From Phoronis australis (Eukaryota; Animalia; Phoronida), in contig NMRA01000443.1 of NCBI GenBank assembly GCA_002633005.1, forward strand, positions 304,105 to 368,104: a DNA stretch of 64,000 bases. Reading direction: 5' to 3'. This document shows positions 1 through 14,172 of this stretch, in pieces. The notes under the pieces are model-generated. The model saw only the letters and a program-made list of their open reading frames with translations. It ran no database searches and was not told where the DNA came from. The position numbers were made by a program, and so were the translations under genes. Position 1 is the stretch's first letter. Each line of letters starts with the position of its first letter.

Positions 1-1104
1 TCTATTCTACACCACAGGTACCAGATGGCAGCTGCATGGAGATGTGCCAGCATTCACAGAGGTCTTTCTATTCTATACCACAGGTACCAGATGGCGGGTG
101 CATGGAAAGCTGAGAAAAGTACTTTCACAACAACAAGCTCTGAAGCTGGCAGACAAGCACTCAGAGAAAATTGTCTAGAACAGTCAAAGGTTGAGAAATG
201 GTCATTCAAGATTTCTTTTGAAATCTCTAGTAGGAACCAGTGTTTCACTCTCTGAACCTTAGTCTTCGAACAGAAAGCTTCGAATCTTAGTAACACTTTA
301 CCATTGTTTAGTAAGGCCTAAAAGGCTAAATGAGCGCGACAGAAATGAGGAACTCAGAAAGTCAACCTGAGGCTGACTCTGAGTGAAAAACCCATCCATC
401 CAAGCACCCATGTTCAAAGTCCAACCATCATAAATTTTCAAGTTTTTAAGCCAAGACCTAGGTATGTGTATGATTGCGTAACTCAACAATAATACAACCC
501 ACAACCTACCATGATCTCTGTTTAAATAATATGACAACAGCGTTCAAAGCCGACCGGCTTGCTGATGCAGTAATGGCGGACGTGGCAGCGTAGTTCCTAC
601 AGCGATTCCAGGTGGCGCAACAAGAGTTACAGTTACTTTTCTTCTCAAGAGACGGCACTCCACTGCTTGAATCATGTGGATGGAAGGTTGGTGTTCAGTG
701 CACTTGTTTATCGGGTGTAGAAAACATGTATGTAAAAAAAAACACACAAATTTGGCGCACAAGGCATTCGGAGCACTGAGATATAACTGTTATGGTATTT
801 TGAACTATTGAAAAATGTTCAAATTTGGTAAACTTCGGAACCCAGCCTAAAAATGGGGCACTCTCAGTCCGGAATTTTTAGAGAGTGGTCCTTTCACTAA
901 GATTCATGAAGTACTTTCAGAGCTAGTGTGCGTTCCCCGAATTTTGTTAATTCTAGTGCCTTTGAGTGGACTTGTATCTCGTTTTCTACTTTTTGGGGAG
1001 TTTTTGTTTCTCTGAGGCGGACCTTTTTCCCCACTTCCCCAACTTGATCCCGCCGCGGCGACGCTCGGCGTTCGAGCCCCCGAACCCCCCGTCATTGTGG
1101 GTGC
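1..1104. repeat. Near-copy of about 2211-3388, ending at the N at 1105 (likely a haplotype or assembly duplicate)
   Basis: Colinear sequence with a few indels; ends exactly at a scaffold N. Confidence 0.8.
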
Positions 1105-2106
1105 NAAAGTTATGAGGACATGAACACATGTACATGTAGGTGTAACCTCACATAGTATGAATGGTAGGAATTTGATATGAATCATAAGCACATGCAAGTC
1201 CTTTATACCACTGATAGATGTTTGTTATTGCTGATTGAACTGTCTAAAAACCAAATGCTGAGAGTGAGACTCTACTGTGTCAGTAAGAGATACTCCCAGG
1301 TCTGTGATTTACTGCCGTAAGCTTGCGGTCTAAGTTTGAGTCAGGGTGTGCATTTGGATGACCTGGACACCCATAAGATGAAGACAAACCTATCCTCGTT
1401 TTTTGGAGCTGCAATACAAGTACCTTATCGACAAGCTTTACTGGTCAATTTCAGCTGGTAAGTACTACACAGGCAGTGCAATAATCTATTGTACCAAGTA
1501 TGTGGGCAGATTTTGTGCAAATTACCAGATCATGCTTCATACTAAATTAGAAATTGTGCTGCATGTCTACTCTGCGTTTGTTTATCTAAGTAAAAAGAAG
1601 GTACTGTAGATGCGCTGTTATACCAATTGTCACAAATACTCGTTGACTTTGGTAAGTAATGCAAGTTTCTTGCCATGAAAGCTCTTTCTCTCCTCATTCA
1701 TAAACACTCGTGTGCATAATACATTCCACGAAAGTCGTGTTACTATAAATACCTTACGAGTATAGGGGGACACCTCTGCAGTATTGAAGGTTATGTTAAA
1801 TCATTAGAATTCAAACAGATCATCTGACAATCACGATTTTTCTCTCACATCCCCTCACTGCTGTTGGCGTCATTCTGCCGATGAAACTGGATAATAGTCA
1901 GATAGGTGGCTCCCTGGTTAAACAGTGATTTGAGAACCAGCTGCTCCCACTTTATCAGGGACTCATCTATCCGACTGTTACCCGAAACTGACCCCATTGC
2001 CTCCAGTGACAGTGTAGAAACCTGTGGCTACAGAGGGTTATGGGAAGGGAACCTGTGTCACAGGTTCCCTTCCCATAATCCTCTGTCACAGGCTGTGACT
2101 GTGTCT

Positions 2107-2315
2107 CAGCTGTATGGAGATGTGCCAGCATTCACAGAGGTCTTTCTAGTCTACACCACAGGTACCAGATGGCAGCTGCATGGAGATATGCCAGCACTCA
2201 CAGAGGTCTTTCTAGTCTACACCACAGGTACCAGATGGCAGCTGCATGGAGATGTGCCAGCATTCACAGAGGTCTTTCTATTCTATACCACAGGTACCAG
2301 ATGGCGGGTGCATGG
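2107..2315. repeat. 66-bp tandem repeat, about 3 units (also partial at 1-105)
   Basis: Unit cagctgcatggagatgtgccagcattcacagaggtctttctagtctacaccacaggtaccagatgg. Confidence 0.9.
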
Positions 2316-3649
2316 AAAGCTGAGAAAAGTACTTCCACAACAACAAACTCTGAACTGAAGCTGGCAGACAAGCACTCAGAAAATTGTCTAGAACAAGGGT
2401 TGAGAAATGGTCATTCAAGATTTCTTTTGAAATCTCTAGTAGGAACCAGTGTTTCACTCTCTGGACCTTTGTCTTCAAACAGAAAGTTTCGAATCTTAGT
2501 AACACTTCACCATTGTTTAGTAAGGCCTAAAAGGCTAAATGAGCGCGACAGAAATGAGAAAGTCAATCTGACGACTCTGAGTGAAAAACCCATCCATCCA
2601 AGCACCCATGTTCAAAGTCCAACCATCATAAATTTTCAAGTTTTTAAGCCGATAACTAGATATGTGTATGAATGCGTAACTCAACAATAATACAACCCAC
2701 AACCTACCATGATCTCTATTTAAATAATAATATGACAACAGCGTTCAAAGCCGACCGGCTTGCTGATGCAGTAATGGCGGACGTGGCAGCGTAGTTCCTA
2801 GAGCGATTCCAGGTGGCGCAACAAGAGTTACAGTTACTATTCTTCTCAAGAGACGGCACTGAAAGTAAGTTAGTGAGAAGAGGCCTTGGGTAAGGTATCT
2901 GACAATAAACTATAGCTCATTGGTATCTGAATGATGCAACTCCACTGGTTGAATACATCAGTAACGAACAGTTTTGGAGTAGCTGCAATCGAATGTGAAT
3001 GGATGTTGTGTTTTTGCACTTGCCGTTTATCGGGTGTAGAAAACATGTATGTAAAAAAAACACAAATTTGGCGCGGCATTCGGAGCACTGAGATATAACT
3101 GTTATGGTATTTTGAACTATTGAAAAATGTCCAAATTTGGAAAACTTCGGAACCCAGCCTAAAAATGGGGCACTCGAATTTTGAGAGAGTGGTCCTTTTA
3201 CTAAGATTCATGGAGTACTTTCAGAGCTAATGTGCGTTCCCTGAATTTTGTTAATTCTAGTGCCTTTAGTGAACTTGTATCTCGTTTTCTACTTTTTGGG
3301 GAGTTTTTAATTGTTTCTCTGAGGCAGACCTTTTTTCCCACTTCCCCAAATTGAGGCTCGTTCGAGCCCCCGAACCCCCCGTGGGTGCCTGCCCCTATGG
3401 ATAGGCCTATGGTTCATACACTAATCTTCTATTTGTTCATAAAATGTCCACTTTGCACTCAGCCGAGTGTCTATCTGTGAATAGGGCAGTAGTATTCCTG
3501 AAAAAATCTGACGTTGCATAAAACAAAAACGAAAGGACATTGCAGAAAACTGTAAAGCACTTTTGACATCTCATTTTCAGGATTTATATAAAATCAAATT
3601 TGATCACTATATGAGACAATGATGATGCTGGTATTTTTACAAAAAAGAC

Positions 3650-6149
3650 ATAGTCAAGTGACCCAATTGTTATAAAGTTACAAAAAGGTATGCTCTTCAA
3701 CCAATAGAAGTATGACAGGAGTGCAAGATACTTGGAAGCCTATCGTAAACCGAGGAATTTAGTTACGAAAAGGAAACAAGTCAGCCTACGAACATATTTC
3801 TCAGACAGATGCAACGAAGGCCCCAACTACAAAAATTTCTGGATTACAATCAAACCTTTCCTCTCAAAAAAGCCATACAACCGACACTACGACCATAATT
3901 TCCCACGAAAATCAAATTATTTCCGACCAAACAAAAGTATGCTCAGTCTTCAATGACTTTTTTCATCAACGTAGCCAAAGACTTAGGAAAATGAAAAACA
4001 CCCCAGCCTCGGTGTTATTTCTCCTGTACATGCGCACACCCAGCCTAAAATATAGGGGGGCCCGAATTTCTCGTTATGGAGACCGTTTACTGAACAACAA
4101 GGACTAAAAAAAAACGAGGCCACTAGGTTCACGCTTACGAACTGTGCATCTGCGCCGATTTCCTGTGTCCGTAATTGTGGACTTTTGTGTCGTTTAGTCG
4201 GTCTTTTTTCACTTAGGCGGACCTTTTTGCCCAATCCGCCAATGAAAAGACGCAGATGATTTTCATTTTCGAAAACATCTGCAAAATATGTATCGGATTA
4301 CATTATCTCTCTAAGCTCCCATAAGCTATTGCTATCGATGACATATCGACCAAACTTCTTAAATGTGCCAAATCGGTTTTCTGTGCTAGTTTTTCTTGCC
4401 CACAAATACCCGACTGTCTCAAACAAGCTAGCGCGCGTTACCCTCATTCACAAGAAAAATGACCCTCTCTCCACTCTCAAACTATAGACCTGTCAGTATA
4501 TTACCAATAATTTCAAAACTTTATTCAGTCATGGGTCCAGTCATTTTGAATCTAATAATCTTTTTATGAATGACTACCTTGGTGCCTTCCGTGCTGGCTT
4601 TATAGTTGCAGCACCTTACTTCGCCTACCTGAAGACTGGCGAAAAGTCCTAGATGAACTAAAATGCACTGCAGCAGTAGGCCTACCCATGGATCTCTCTG
4701 CCTTCCTCACTCCCTCCTGGTCTCTAAACGTATAAATTTGATGACAATTCCGCAACCCGCCTTCTTGGGAATTATCTCTCAAACAGGAAACAACTAGTGA
4801 AACTAGGCCAGCACGTTCATCAGTGAATGGGACAAAGTCTACAAGTACCTCAAGGATCCATCATGGGACCCCTTCTCTTCAATATCTTCATTCAATGACA
4901 TCTTTTTTTGTGAAAACAATTACTCTGGTCAACTACGCAGATGACAACACCCTCTCTTTCTCGGCTGATAACAACCCATTCTCCGTTAACTAAAAGTCTA
5001 AGACGAGATAGCGAATTACTCATCAAGTGGTTCGGTGTCAGTGGCATGCAAGCAAATCCTGACAAATTCCAAGCAGTCCGCAAAGGGCCGCAGTGTAACA
5101 AAATGAACACATTTTGTAAATCCCTTTCCACTGGAAACTGCCAAACACCTTGTGAACCGAAAGTTAAACTCCTCGGAATGAGTCATCGATACCAATCTAA
5201 CTCTGACTCCCATATTGTTTTCGGACATTTGCAACGGAAAAGCCTCACGGCAAATAACTGTTCTAAAAAGAATTGGACACCACCTTACGATAAACGGCAG
5301 ACTTGCTATTTTTCACTCCTTCTTCCTTTCAAATTTCAAATCTACTGTCTCGTCTCATGGCATTTTTGCTCCAAAGAAAATACACTCAAACTGGAAAAAA
5401 ATCACTTCAGAGCCAGCTCAGTCACCGACTTCGACTTAGGCCTAGTGCAACAGAAGTATTTAAAACCCTTTCATGCACCTACGACACTGTCAAAGACTGA
5501 AGCAAGAAAACTTTTACTCTTTCTTCTACAACAGCCCGTTTCAGATATTCCTCAAGTTAAATCTGTCAAATACGGTAAAAATCTTTTGGCTTCGAGGCCG
5601 CACGGGTCTTGGCTGGAACAGGCAACCGAATTTCAGTTTGCGCACGTGAGAGCCAGGTGTTTTCCGTGGACTGACCTGGACCGGCACCGAACACAGCTGC
5701 TGACTTTGAAAACACTCCAGGTTATGTTGTAATTAGTGTATACCATCGTTTCTGTACAGTTGTGATTTATCTAGATTGTAATACATGTCGGCCTACCTAT
5801 TCGGTTATATTCATTATTTTTGTGGGTCTCTAGTTTGAGTGATTATGACCACTTAACTTACACTTTATGTCTCTGTGCACGGGCGGTGCAGCACCGAAAA
5901 ACTGGGGGAGCTGAAGCCCCCTCAGCCCCCCCTGGTGGTGCACCGCCTATAGACCATGTGCGGCCGGCAGACCGTAGTAGCCGCCAGTTGGGGGCAGCCC
6001 CACTGCAGTACGAGTCATGTGAGTGCGCCGGCCCATGTTCCATTTTCACATGTTTCTGTTAAATTTCAAGTCGTAGAAATGGCCCAACCAGCTAATGTGA
6101 ATCTGTTCTTTGAATCAGGTAAAATAAAGATTCCTTGATTCCTGATTCT
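3650..6149 (+). mobile_element. Degraded LINE (CR1/L2/Crack-like) ORF2 with 3' tail; interrupted by small insertions
   Basis: Frameshifted RT motifs: NFWITIKPFLSKK, NYRPVSILPIISK, VPQGSIMGPLLFNIF, NYADDN; 3' end aataaagattccttgattcctgattct. Left boundary is approximate. Confidence 0.8.
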
Positions 6150-6699
6150 AACTGGCCCGACTATGACTACGGCCGGTGACTCTCCGAGTCGGCCCGGCCG
6201 GCGGCGAGAGACCAAGGCGGTGCGGGTCACTCATGTGCGCTGGGTTGCCTATGACTTGGCACTCAGAGGTTTTCCTTTCAAGGAGTAAAAGCTGTGGACG
6301 GCGACGGGAAGAATGAGTTTGTGACGTACCACCCGGTTCACCGCTCGNAAATGCGCGCGCTCAGCCTAAAATGTGGGGACGCAGAGGCCTCAAATGTTTG
6401 GAGTTACGGACCTGTTGACTACTAAAAAAATCCGGGGTTTGTTCAGTTTGCTCCAGCCAGGGCCTAAGTATTACTGAGTTGTTTATTCACTCCGGCGACG
6501 AGTCCCTGCTTGCGCGCAACCGAACTCCCAAATGGTATCTAGTAGAATTTTAGGGGGGCGCCATCGCCGCCCTTGCCCCCGCCCCCTCTAAATCCGCCAC
6601 TGGTTGCCGAATGTCACGAGCGTCAAAAGTCATCGAGATGCGTCTGCCATGAAGCTGACCGAGGCTGTCCAACAAAAGAGCATCGATTATCGATTTGAC

Positions 6700-6760
6700 A
6701 AAAAGACCTGCGCAGACTACGAACCGGAAGATGACGTAGGGTGAAGTCTGCAAAGCTCAA
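6700..6760 (+). promoter_or_regulatory. Probable housekeeping-type proximal promoter of TBC1D25
   Basis: Clustered TGCGCA, GACTAC, CCGGAAG (ETS-like) and TGACGT (CRE-like) motifs 40-65 nt upstream of the ATG; motif-based only. Confidence 0.35.
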
Positions 6761-6774
6761 AGAAATGTTTCGTG

Positions 6775-6819
6775 ATGTTTGCCTTCGAAAGCAGAGAAGT
6801 TGTCCGTGTTAAAGTTAAG
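6775..6819 (+). CDS. TBC1D25: TBC1D25-like gene, coding exon 1 (MFAFESREVVRVKVK)
   Basis: ATG at 6775; peptide matches the remembered TBC1D25 N-terminus (EREVVRVRVK); GT donor at 6820 (gtagat), phase 0. Confidence 0.8.
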
Positions 6820-7380
6820 GTAGATGCAGTGACTTTATAACAGTGCATGTCTAGGTGTTTATTTTCGAATTATCTTGCTGATTAATGAAACTTGGTGCTC
6901 AAAAATTCCAGTTTGTTGTGCGTATCCATTCGATTCAGTAGTATTTGGGACAGTCTCACTCACTTACTCGTTACTGACTTACTGACCAGCTGACAGTACG
7001 ACTTAAAGCGCTGCTCAAAGGCAATGCCCGAAACAGCTGCAGACTGTCAGAGTCATGGAAGCTAATTTCAATTCTCTCCGAGCTTTCAAAATATAGTTCA
7101 TCATTAGTAATGAAAGGAATACTAATTGTACACCACTGAGCAAGAGATATAAAGATGTGCTGGAATTACAGTTATTCCGCGGAATTCTGGCGAGGACAAG
7201 GTGTGCAATATTGCCAGTACGTGATTTGCATGTCGATCACTGTGATTTGATGCAGCTTGACCCTCGATCGGGGTCATTCATTGTCTGAGTTTGCACTCGA
7301 CTGAGGCTTACCAGTAGTAGTACTAAGTCACATGCAATCAGTGTATCTGGTAATTGTTTATACGATGATGTCATCATCGT

Positions 7381-8115
7381 TTGATGACATTGATCTACGC
7401 ACATGATTTTGGTATCGGTGGATTCCTCGCAATGTTCACTTCTAACAATACATGAAAATGTCATCTACCCCATTCTCTTAGTATTTTTTTGTCAAAATTT
7501 TGCTCACACTATTTCCCCATAGTGATTATTACCGCCATGTTGAATGGGAGGAGTCACCTGGTGCCCAAAAACTGAACTAATCTACCGACACCTATAATCT
7601 GGTGAGTGTTGCTGGAAGTGACCGAGACCCCTTCATCCCTGGGAGCCGAGTTACAGACCCACGTGTTTGTATTCCTATGGTGATCCTGGTACACATCCAC
7701 TAACTAACAAGAATCCGCAAAAAAGGGTTGTTTTTGAGATCCAAATTCATCGAAAGGGTATCACTTCAACCAATTTTGTGAAAAAGTGGTCAGATGATCA
7801 CAGTTCTAAAAGTTCTTGGAAAACGGTGAAATGCTGTCCCTTTTTGCTCCATGTTATATCAGGAAAACTTTAAGGGGAATCTCGTGGGCAAACACCATTC
7901 AGAATTGATGATACTGTTTCATCCATTAGCAACAGGTGTCACTGTAATCTTGACTTGAGCAAACATGGCGGAGTCAACTGGGAAATAGTGCTTACAGAAA
8001 TTCGACGATAACATAGTGAGGAAATGTTAGGGGACACATTCATATATTTTTGAATGAGAACTATTAGTGGAATCAAATGAAACCAAAATTGTGTGTGTAG
8101 GTTAATGTCGTCATT
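7381..8115. mobile_element. Old foldback/MITE-like element with diverged ~160-bp inverted arms (7381-7541 and about 7960-8115)
   Basis: gacattgatctacgcacatgattttggt...cactatttcccc..ccgccatgtt recurs as a diverged reverse complement. Confidence 0.55.
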
Positions 8116-8798
8116 TTGTTAACAATTACCCACTCCTTTAGTCACATCCATTGCAAGTGGACCAGTATTTGTAACAGTGTATTTGTGCACACCAAACAAC
8201 CAGCTGATGGTGAAAACCAGTCTGAATACAGAAGCCATTTTACATCAGTAAGCGTCAGATTTTGCACCCCGATTGCATCCTACACTGTCTATTGTGCAAA
8301 ACCCATATGCTTTACTGTATTAAGAGTAGCAATATACGATTTCACCAGAAAGCAGAAAATTAACTATTAATTTCAAAAATTTTATTGTGACAGGTCCCAA
8401 ACCCTCCACTCGCCATATTAACTCCAACTCCTGCCCTCTGTTGTGGAGGTAGAGATCTATAGAAATAACTGGTGTAAATATTGACCTTGCGAAACAAAGT
8501 TAAAGGTTATAAATATGTGGTGGAGGTGATGTATGTATCTCAAGCCAATCTACAGTTGTGGGATTGAGCCATGTGCTCAGGGGAAAGATAATGAAATTGC
8601 AGTGTTATCTTGGAGTCATATGTTTCAGCCAATCAGAATTTACACAGATGAAGAGATGCTTCTACTTTATAGAGTGGCGGAAACTATATCATTAGTGTGT
8701 CTGTCTTGATAAGTTCATCGGTAATACTTTATCGTGTAAATTCTGGTCCTGTGAATAAATTGAGCAATGTATTTACTCCACCTTTCATATTTTGACAG

Positions 8799-8908
8799 AA
8801 GTGTGATGGATTCATGCAGCCAGAAGTCAAGAAGTTTTGTCTGGACCCACAGATTACGTCCTTTGAGATGCTGCAACATTTGCTGACAAAAGCATTTGAA
8901 ATAAAAGG
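8799..8908 (+). CDS. TBC1D25: TBC1D25-like gene, exon 2 (KCDGFMQPEVKKFCLDPQITSFEMLQHLLTKAFEIKG)
   Basis: ttttgacag acceptor and gtaagg donor; DPQITS..LQH motif of TBC1D25; phase 0 to 2. Confidence 0.9.
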
Positions 8909-10399
8909 GTAAGGCCATCAGTTGTACATCTGGTAGGCAACAGTGGTGTTATAAGTACAAGCAGGGATACAGTGCTGATTGGAAATAGCTCAAGACTCAG
9001 CCAGACCTAGGGTGATCCTCAACCGGACTGAGGACAGGCTTCGTCTGGAGGTGCTCTGAACTCGGTTGCATTGAGACTCAACTTGAGAATGGCCTTGGCT
9101 GGACCTCGGATGGACTGCAGTTACTGAGGCCTTTAATGTTCTGGGGGGTTACTCCTGTATACGCTACCACTGACTACTGAATCAACACTAATGCCTCGAC
9201 TTGCTGGCAGGTTTCTGTCAAGGTGGTGCTTTTGATGCCTAATGTTATTTAGTTACATTGAAAGCAAGAAGTTTCGGGGGAGGGGTTAAGTCAGATGTGT
9301 CGTTTGACAACGGGGAGGGTTGCAGAATTGATGGCAAAAGGGTGAAGGACAGGCTGTGAGTGGCACGAACATTGCATGTACTAGTCTATGGTCACAATAT
9401 TACGGTAGTTACGCTGATCTCATTTGATCCAGTGGTGCTTATCTAACTTGTCGAGGGACAACAAAGTAATAACAAATGATTTGTCTCTACTGAATGAGAG
9501 TAACACAGAACCTTTTAAAAACTGCAGTTTTCCGACCGCTTAAACATGTAAATGAAAAGTTCCGTCCAAAAAATCAGGCCGGCAGTCTCATCCTATTGGA
9601 CAACACTACCTCAATTCACTGACCCTGTTCGCTTGAATTGAAAAGTGAGAATTGTTGGAAGGCATTGCGATTAATTATTGATAGGGTGAAAAGTTTAGTA
9701 TTAAAGGCTATTTATATCCACCTAGTCATTGCGCTAAGTTCAATATATACATATGGTGAGTTTGCAGTAAAACGCTAGGCCGATTTTCATTGTTTAAGAT
9801 TACTTCATCTTTTCATGGCATTCTGTGGCATATCTCAAGAATACTGGAAAATGGAATAGGCCTTGGCGTGCAGGTGGGCTTTTATGATCAGCAAGTTAAT
9901 GTTTTGCTCCATGCCATGGATAAGGGACAATAGCTTGCATCTGGCTGTCTCCCAAGTCATTGTTTGGCTATACTGTGTTTCATTTCACTTTAGTTTCCAT
10001 CCAATACTACAGAAGTTTTGTATTTGTTATTAATCTTCCTGGGAATTACTAATGCACTAAATACTAAATGCTTGGCCATATAAAATTACCTAACCATTTT
10101 ACAAACTGAAATTAGAGAAATGACAACTGAATACATTGAGCTAGATGAATGACAATCATGAAAATACGCACCATTATCAAATAGTGCGATAAGATCACGA
10201 AAATCATAAAACTCAAGAGTGAGAATACAATGTCAAGCTAATAAAATATATTCTTAAACCAGCATTAAAAACTAATCACCATTCTTTCTTATAAAACTAA
10301 AAATTTGTCTTAAAGTAGAACTGTTCTGGGTTAAAAGTAGAAATACTTGGAATGGTGCAAATCGACATGACGGCGTTCTGTCCAGGAACTTTTACAGAC

Positions 10400-10862
10400 G
10401 TGAGGGGTGCTGAACGTGTGTTAACATCTGGCTCCTTTGTTAACTGCCCAGCACAGTCGTTTGTCGCCTATGACAACAAGCAGGCCAATTATCTCCCAGG
10501 CTTCAAAGGGTTACTGAAACCTGGCAGAATGGATTGTCTTAACTTCTGTTGTATTTGGGCGATTTTGGTGATTCAAAAACTAAACATGATCAGCATTTGA
10601 CAAGGAATTCAGAAATGCTATTGGTTTATGTTCAAATATGTTGTAACTTAACTTTCATTTTTAGCAGCTCAACCCAGTCAGGTTAGATATGATCTGATCT
10701 GAGACTAGAGCAATTATTGAACAAACGATAGCTGGCCCTCCAACCCTAAATGCCAGAATGGAGTTAATCAGTCGTGTAAGATATTGGCTACAGGGGTGAT
10801 CTTCCCAACTTGTTGTTGGGCTATAGAATTGAACAAGTTGGGAGCAATGGGAAAACACCATA
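10400..10862. repeat. Interspersed repeat; inverted copy at about 21365-21860
   Basis: cttcccaacttgttgttgggctatagaattgaacaagttgggagc and flanks recur as a reverse complement at 21380 onward. Confidence 0.8.
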
Positions 10863-13339
10863 ACGGTGAGGAAGAGTGTTCAACAGAGCTGGTGCAGCAA
10901 CCACGAAAGGCACAACGATCATAAGTTTTTGTGTTGGAGCATGGGTCTATCTTCAATGGAACCAACTGTCTACAAGGCTCCTAAATGCACACAAGTTAAT
11001 CTTAATTGTTAGGCCCACTATTGAAATTTTCTTGGTATGGTGTTGTAGGTTATTCTATCATGAATGTTCACTTTCCACACTAATCCTTTAGTGGCTCACC
11101 CAACCTATACTATTGTATAGGGCCCTTTCACTACATGCTCATTTACTTGCTGTTTACAAACATTGTGCCAGCTATAGTGTAAACCTGACTGTCATTTGAT
11201 CAATATTGCTTTTGTTGTTGTTGACAAGATCCATGGCCTGGTTTCTTTGATGTAACTTTTGCTCTTGATGACCTTGCCTACTATAACATGTACATGTATG
11301 TAGTGACCCAGCTTTACCACAAGAAGACTCTCAGGTGGCTATGAACCTTAAAAATTCCAGATTTCTGTTACTGTATGGTGTGAAGGAGGACGGCTTAAGA
11401 TCTGACCGGCTTTATAATATTTGATAAGTTCTCTCAAACTCTACATGCACGTCTCCCTATTTATTATAGGCCACGATTTTTTTAAAACAGAAAACATTGC
11501 TTACCTACAATGTATCTTGCGCCGGGTATTCACTGGTAATCATTTGTCATATGCTTACGTCCACCCACTCCCAATGGTCACATGGCTTTGCTGTTTTTGA
11601 CAGTGCTTGCCATCACAAATGACAAGGACCTCTTCATCTCCTCAGATGAAAATTAGATTGCCAACTTCACTAGGCAGCCAAGAGTTGCCATATTGGGACG
11701 ACGATGATGTACTAGAAAATGACATGTAAAAAATCCAAACAAAGGGGGCGTGGCAGGGTCTCATTTCGCATACATTACACACTACACGTTGAGTGATTTT
11801 TTAATGTGAAGAATCCAGCAAATACATGAATTAATTGAAACGGAATTCTTATACTGCCAAAAAATAATTATTAGAATAAAATATCAACAAATAGTAACCA
11901 GTCACTGCCTCCTGTAGGCAAATACATGCAGTGACCCCTGTCAGTAACTCGGATGGCATTGAAGTTAAGTGTTTCCATTGTAACAAAGCATTGATGCATC
12001 GCTGTTAATTACACCTCTTTCCTTTGGAGTTAACTTGCATTGTTAACTTCCATTCAAGACAAATGTTAAGTGTTCCCGTTGACTGAAGCTTTGGCAACAC
12101 CTGTGGTAAAGGCTTTTTAAAGTGGTATAAGTTCTATACATCATATTACTGTGCTTGGCAATTTCATTATATAGAAAGAGTAGCAATTTACTGTTTGTGT
12201 TGCCGTAGCAACCTGTCCAAGTCATTGACTTGAAAATTGATAAAATCAAAATTTGCTGCACACAGAGCCACAGAAGTATTAATTGAATTCCACTCCATTA
12301 CAGTGTACTTTTGTATCATAAGAATGTTGTAATTAACGATTTTGCTGTAAATGACTTAAAATGTTAATGGTTACGTGTATGTGAAAGTAGAGAAGTCATG
12401 TGACAACATGCATGCGTACTCTGCAAGAATTTAGAAATTTCTTGGAATTAAATTTACCATTCTGGACATATTGAAACATTTTTTCGCACCTGTGCTTATT
12501 CTTCACTTATTTCACTCAAAAATAATTGACATCTTTCAGAGGTTGGATATCTTGCTGTAAATATATGGCTTAATGGCACCTGCACAGTACAAACCAAGCT
12601 AATTATAGGCCAATATCTCTTTAATCTTTATTTCTGCTGAGATTTTTATTTAAAAAATTCACTTGTCTCTCATATTGTGCTAAATAAGCGTAGAATTGCT
12701 GTGCATAGTAAGCCTACCTTTATACATATGTTCGTACGTACATACATACAAAGTACAGGGGTTGAGATGGTTTATTTACAACTAAATGATTTGAGTGCAT
12801 GATCAGCTTGTAACATAACAACTAACTCCCATTTATTTCATATTTCAAATGGTACCTGTTTTCAGAAGTCTTTCTTTTGTTAATCGCCAGGCTCAATCTT
12901 TTCTCCATTGTCACAACGCAAATGGCATTTATCTACCACACTGAATGAATACATTAATGTAAACACACATCGACTCTAAACTGTTGTCAACAAATAAAAA
13001 CCCATTGCAGCATTTTGGCCAATTTTTACTGTATTGTTTCTGGGAAAAAAGACTCCAACACTAACTTTTCACAAGGAATTCAATTTCAGAAGCTAAATGT
13101 GTTAAAAAATACCAATTTCTGTCCTTGACTTTTCAGTTTATTTCAGCTAGTATTTTATTGCCGTGAAGACATCGCAAATGCGTTAATTGATCTGTACAAC
13201 ACTGTAGGAGCTTAGATCAACTTTCGTGATATCAGGTATGGACAGCCACACCGGTTTCCCAGGTTGATGTATTGTCCAGCAACAAGATACCACTCAACTG
13301 GTGGTTTCCCAATGGTATTTTATGCTGTGATAAACTTAA

Positions 13340-14172
13340 AGGAGAATGCCACCCGATTTTAATTAGTCTTTTTTACAGTCTTTATCGGTCTATATCCACA
13401 TCACCTCTTATACAGTCGACCTCACCTAGCCGAGAGGTGTCATGTTAACCTGTGAAGAAGGTAAGAAATGGCGCAGTGATGTCAGTGGTTCATCTGCAGA
13501 GTGAATGCCGTTATATTGCGGTGCATCGTTCCCGCTTGTCCGAACTATGAAGTTGCGAAGAAAGCGGGTGTATCGTTTTTTCGACTTCCTCGAGAGCCCA
13601 AAGTGCTCAGGAAGTGCCTCGCGATAGTGAAGTATGAAAAGTACGCTGTTAATAGCAAATATGAGGCCGTGAAACACCTCCCTGTCTGTGGCCGGCATTT
13701 CATCGACAGTGATTTCTTTGACAAATTCCGGCTTACCAAGAAACTATCCATACGTTCCGTTGCCTGTGCATGTTTATGGCACATCTCATATTGTGTCTTG
13801 ATCTGTTTCCGGTTTGAACTGATAGCCGAACTCTGTAGCCTAGTACGGTACGTTCAAATACCTATAAATTCATTACAGTGAAATAAAACAACTTATTTGT
13901 CCAAGAACTCTATGTATTTGTAAGGGGTTAACATCGAATTTTGATGATTTATTAATGTAAAACGATGAATTCAAGCGATAAATTGACACCAGTAAGCGTG
14001 TTGTCAGTGAACGGCTGAACAGACTGTGTTCGAACCGATTACGTCATCGGTTAATTTCAACACTGCCGTCTGTCGTTAGGTGTCAGGTAAAAGAGCTGTA
14101 CTTGCTGTTATCGAGAGGAACTACTCATCTAAATTGATACAAAATAGGTTGTTTTTTGGGTGGCATTCTCCT
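13340..14172 (+). mobile_element. Non-autonomous Kolobok-type DNA transposon, family A, internally deleted copy with THAP remnant
   Basis: TTAA TSDs; perfect TIR aggagaatgccaccc; ORF with RCIVPAC..SFFRLP..VCGRHF (THAP C2CH). Confidence 0.85.

Noticed and set aside
1340-1660. Possible small + strand exons with gtaagt donors near 1458 and 1652
   Set aside because: No recognisable peptide and no consistent acceptors
1-3388. Tandem duplication as a biological event
   Set aside because: The first copy ends exactly at N 1105, typical of unmerged haplotypes; not provable either way here
4941-5732. 263-aa ORF as a host gene
   Set aside because: Mosaic of shifted frames over a decayed LINE ORF2
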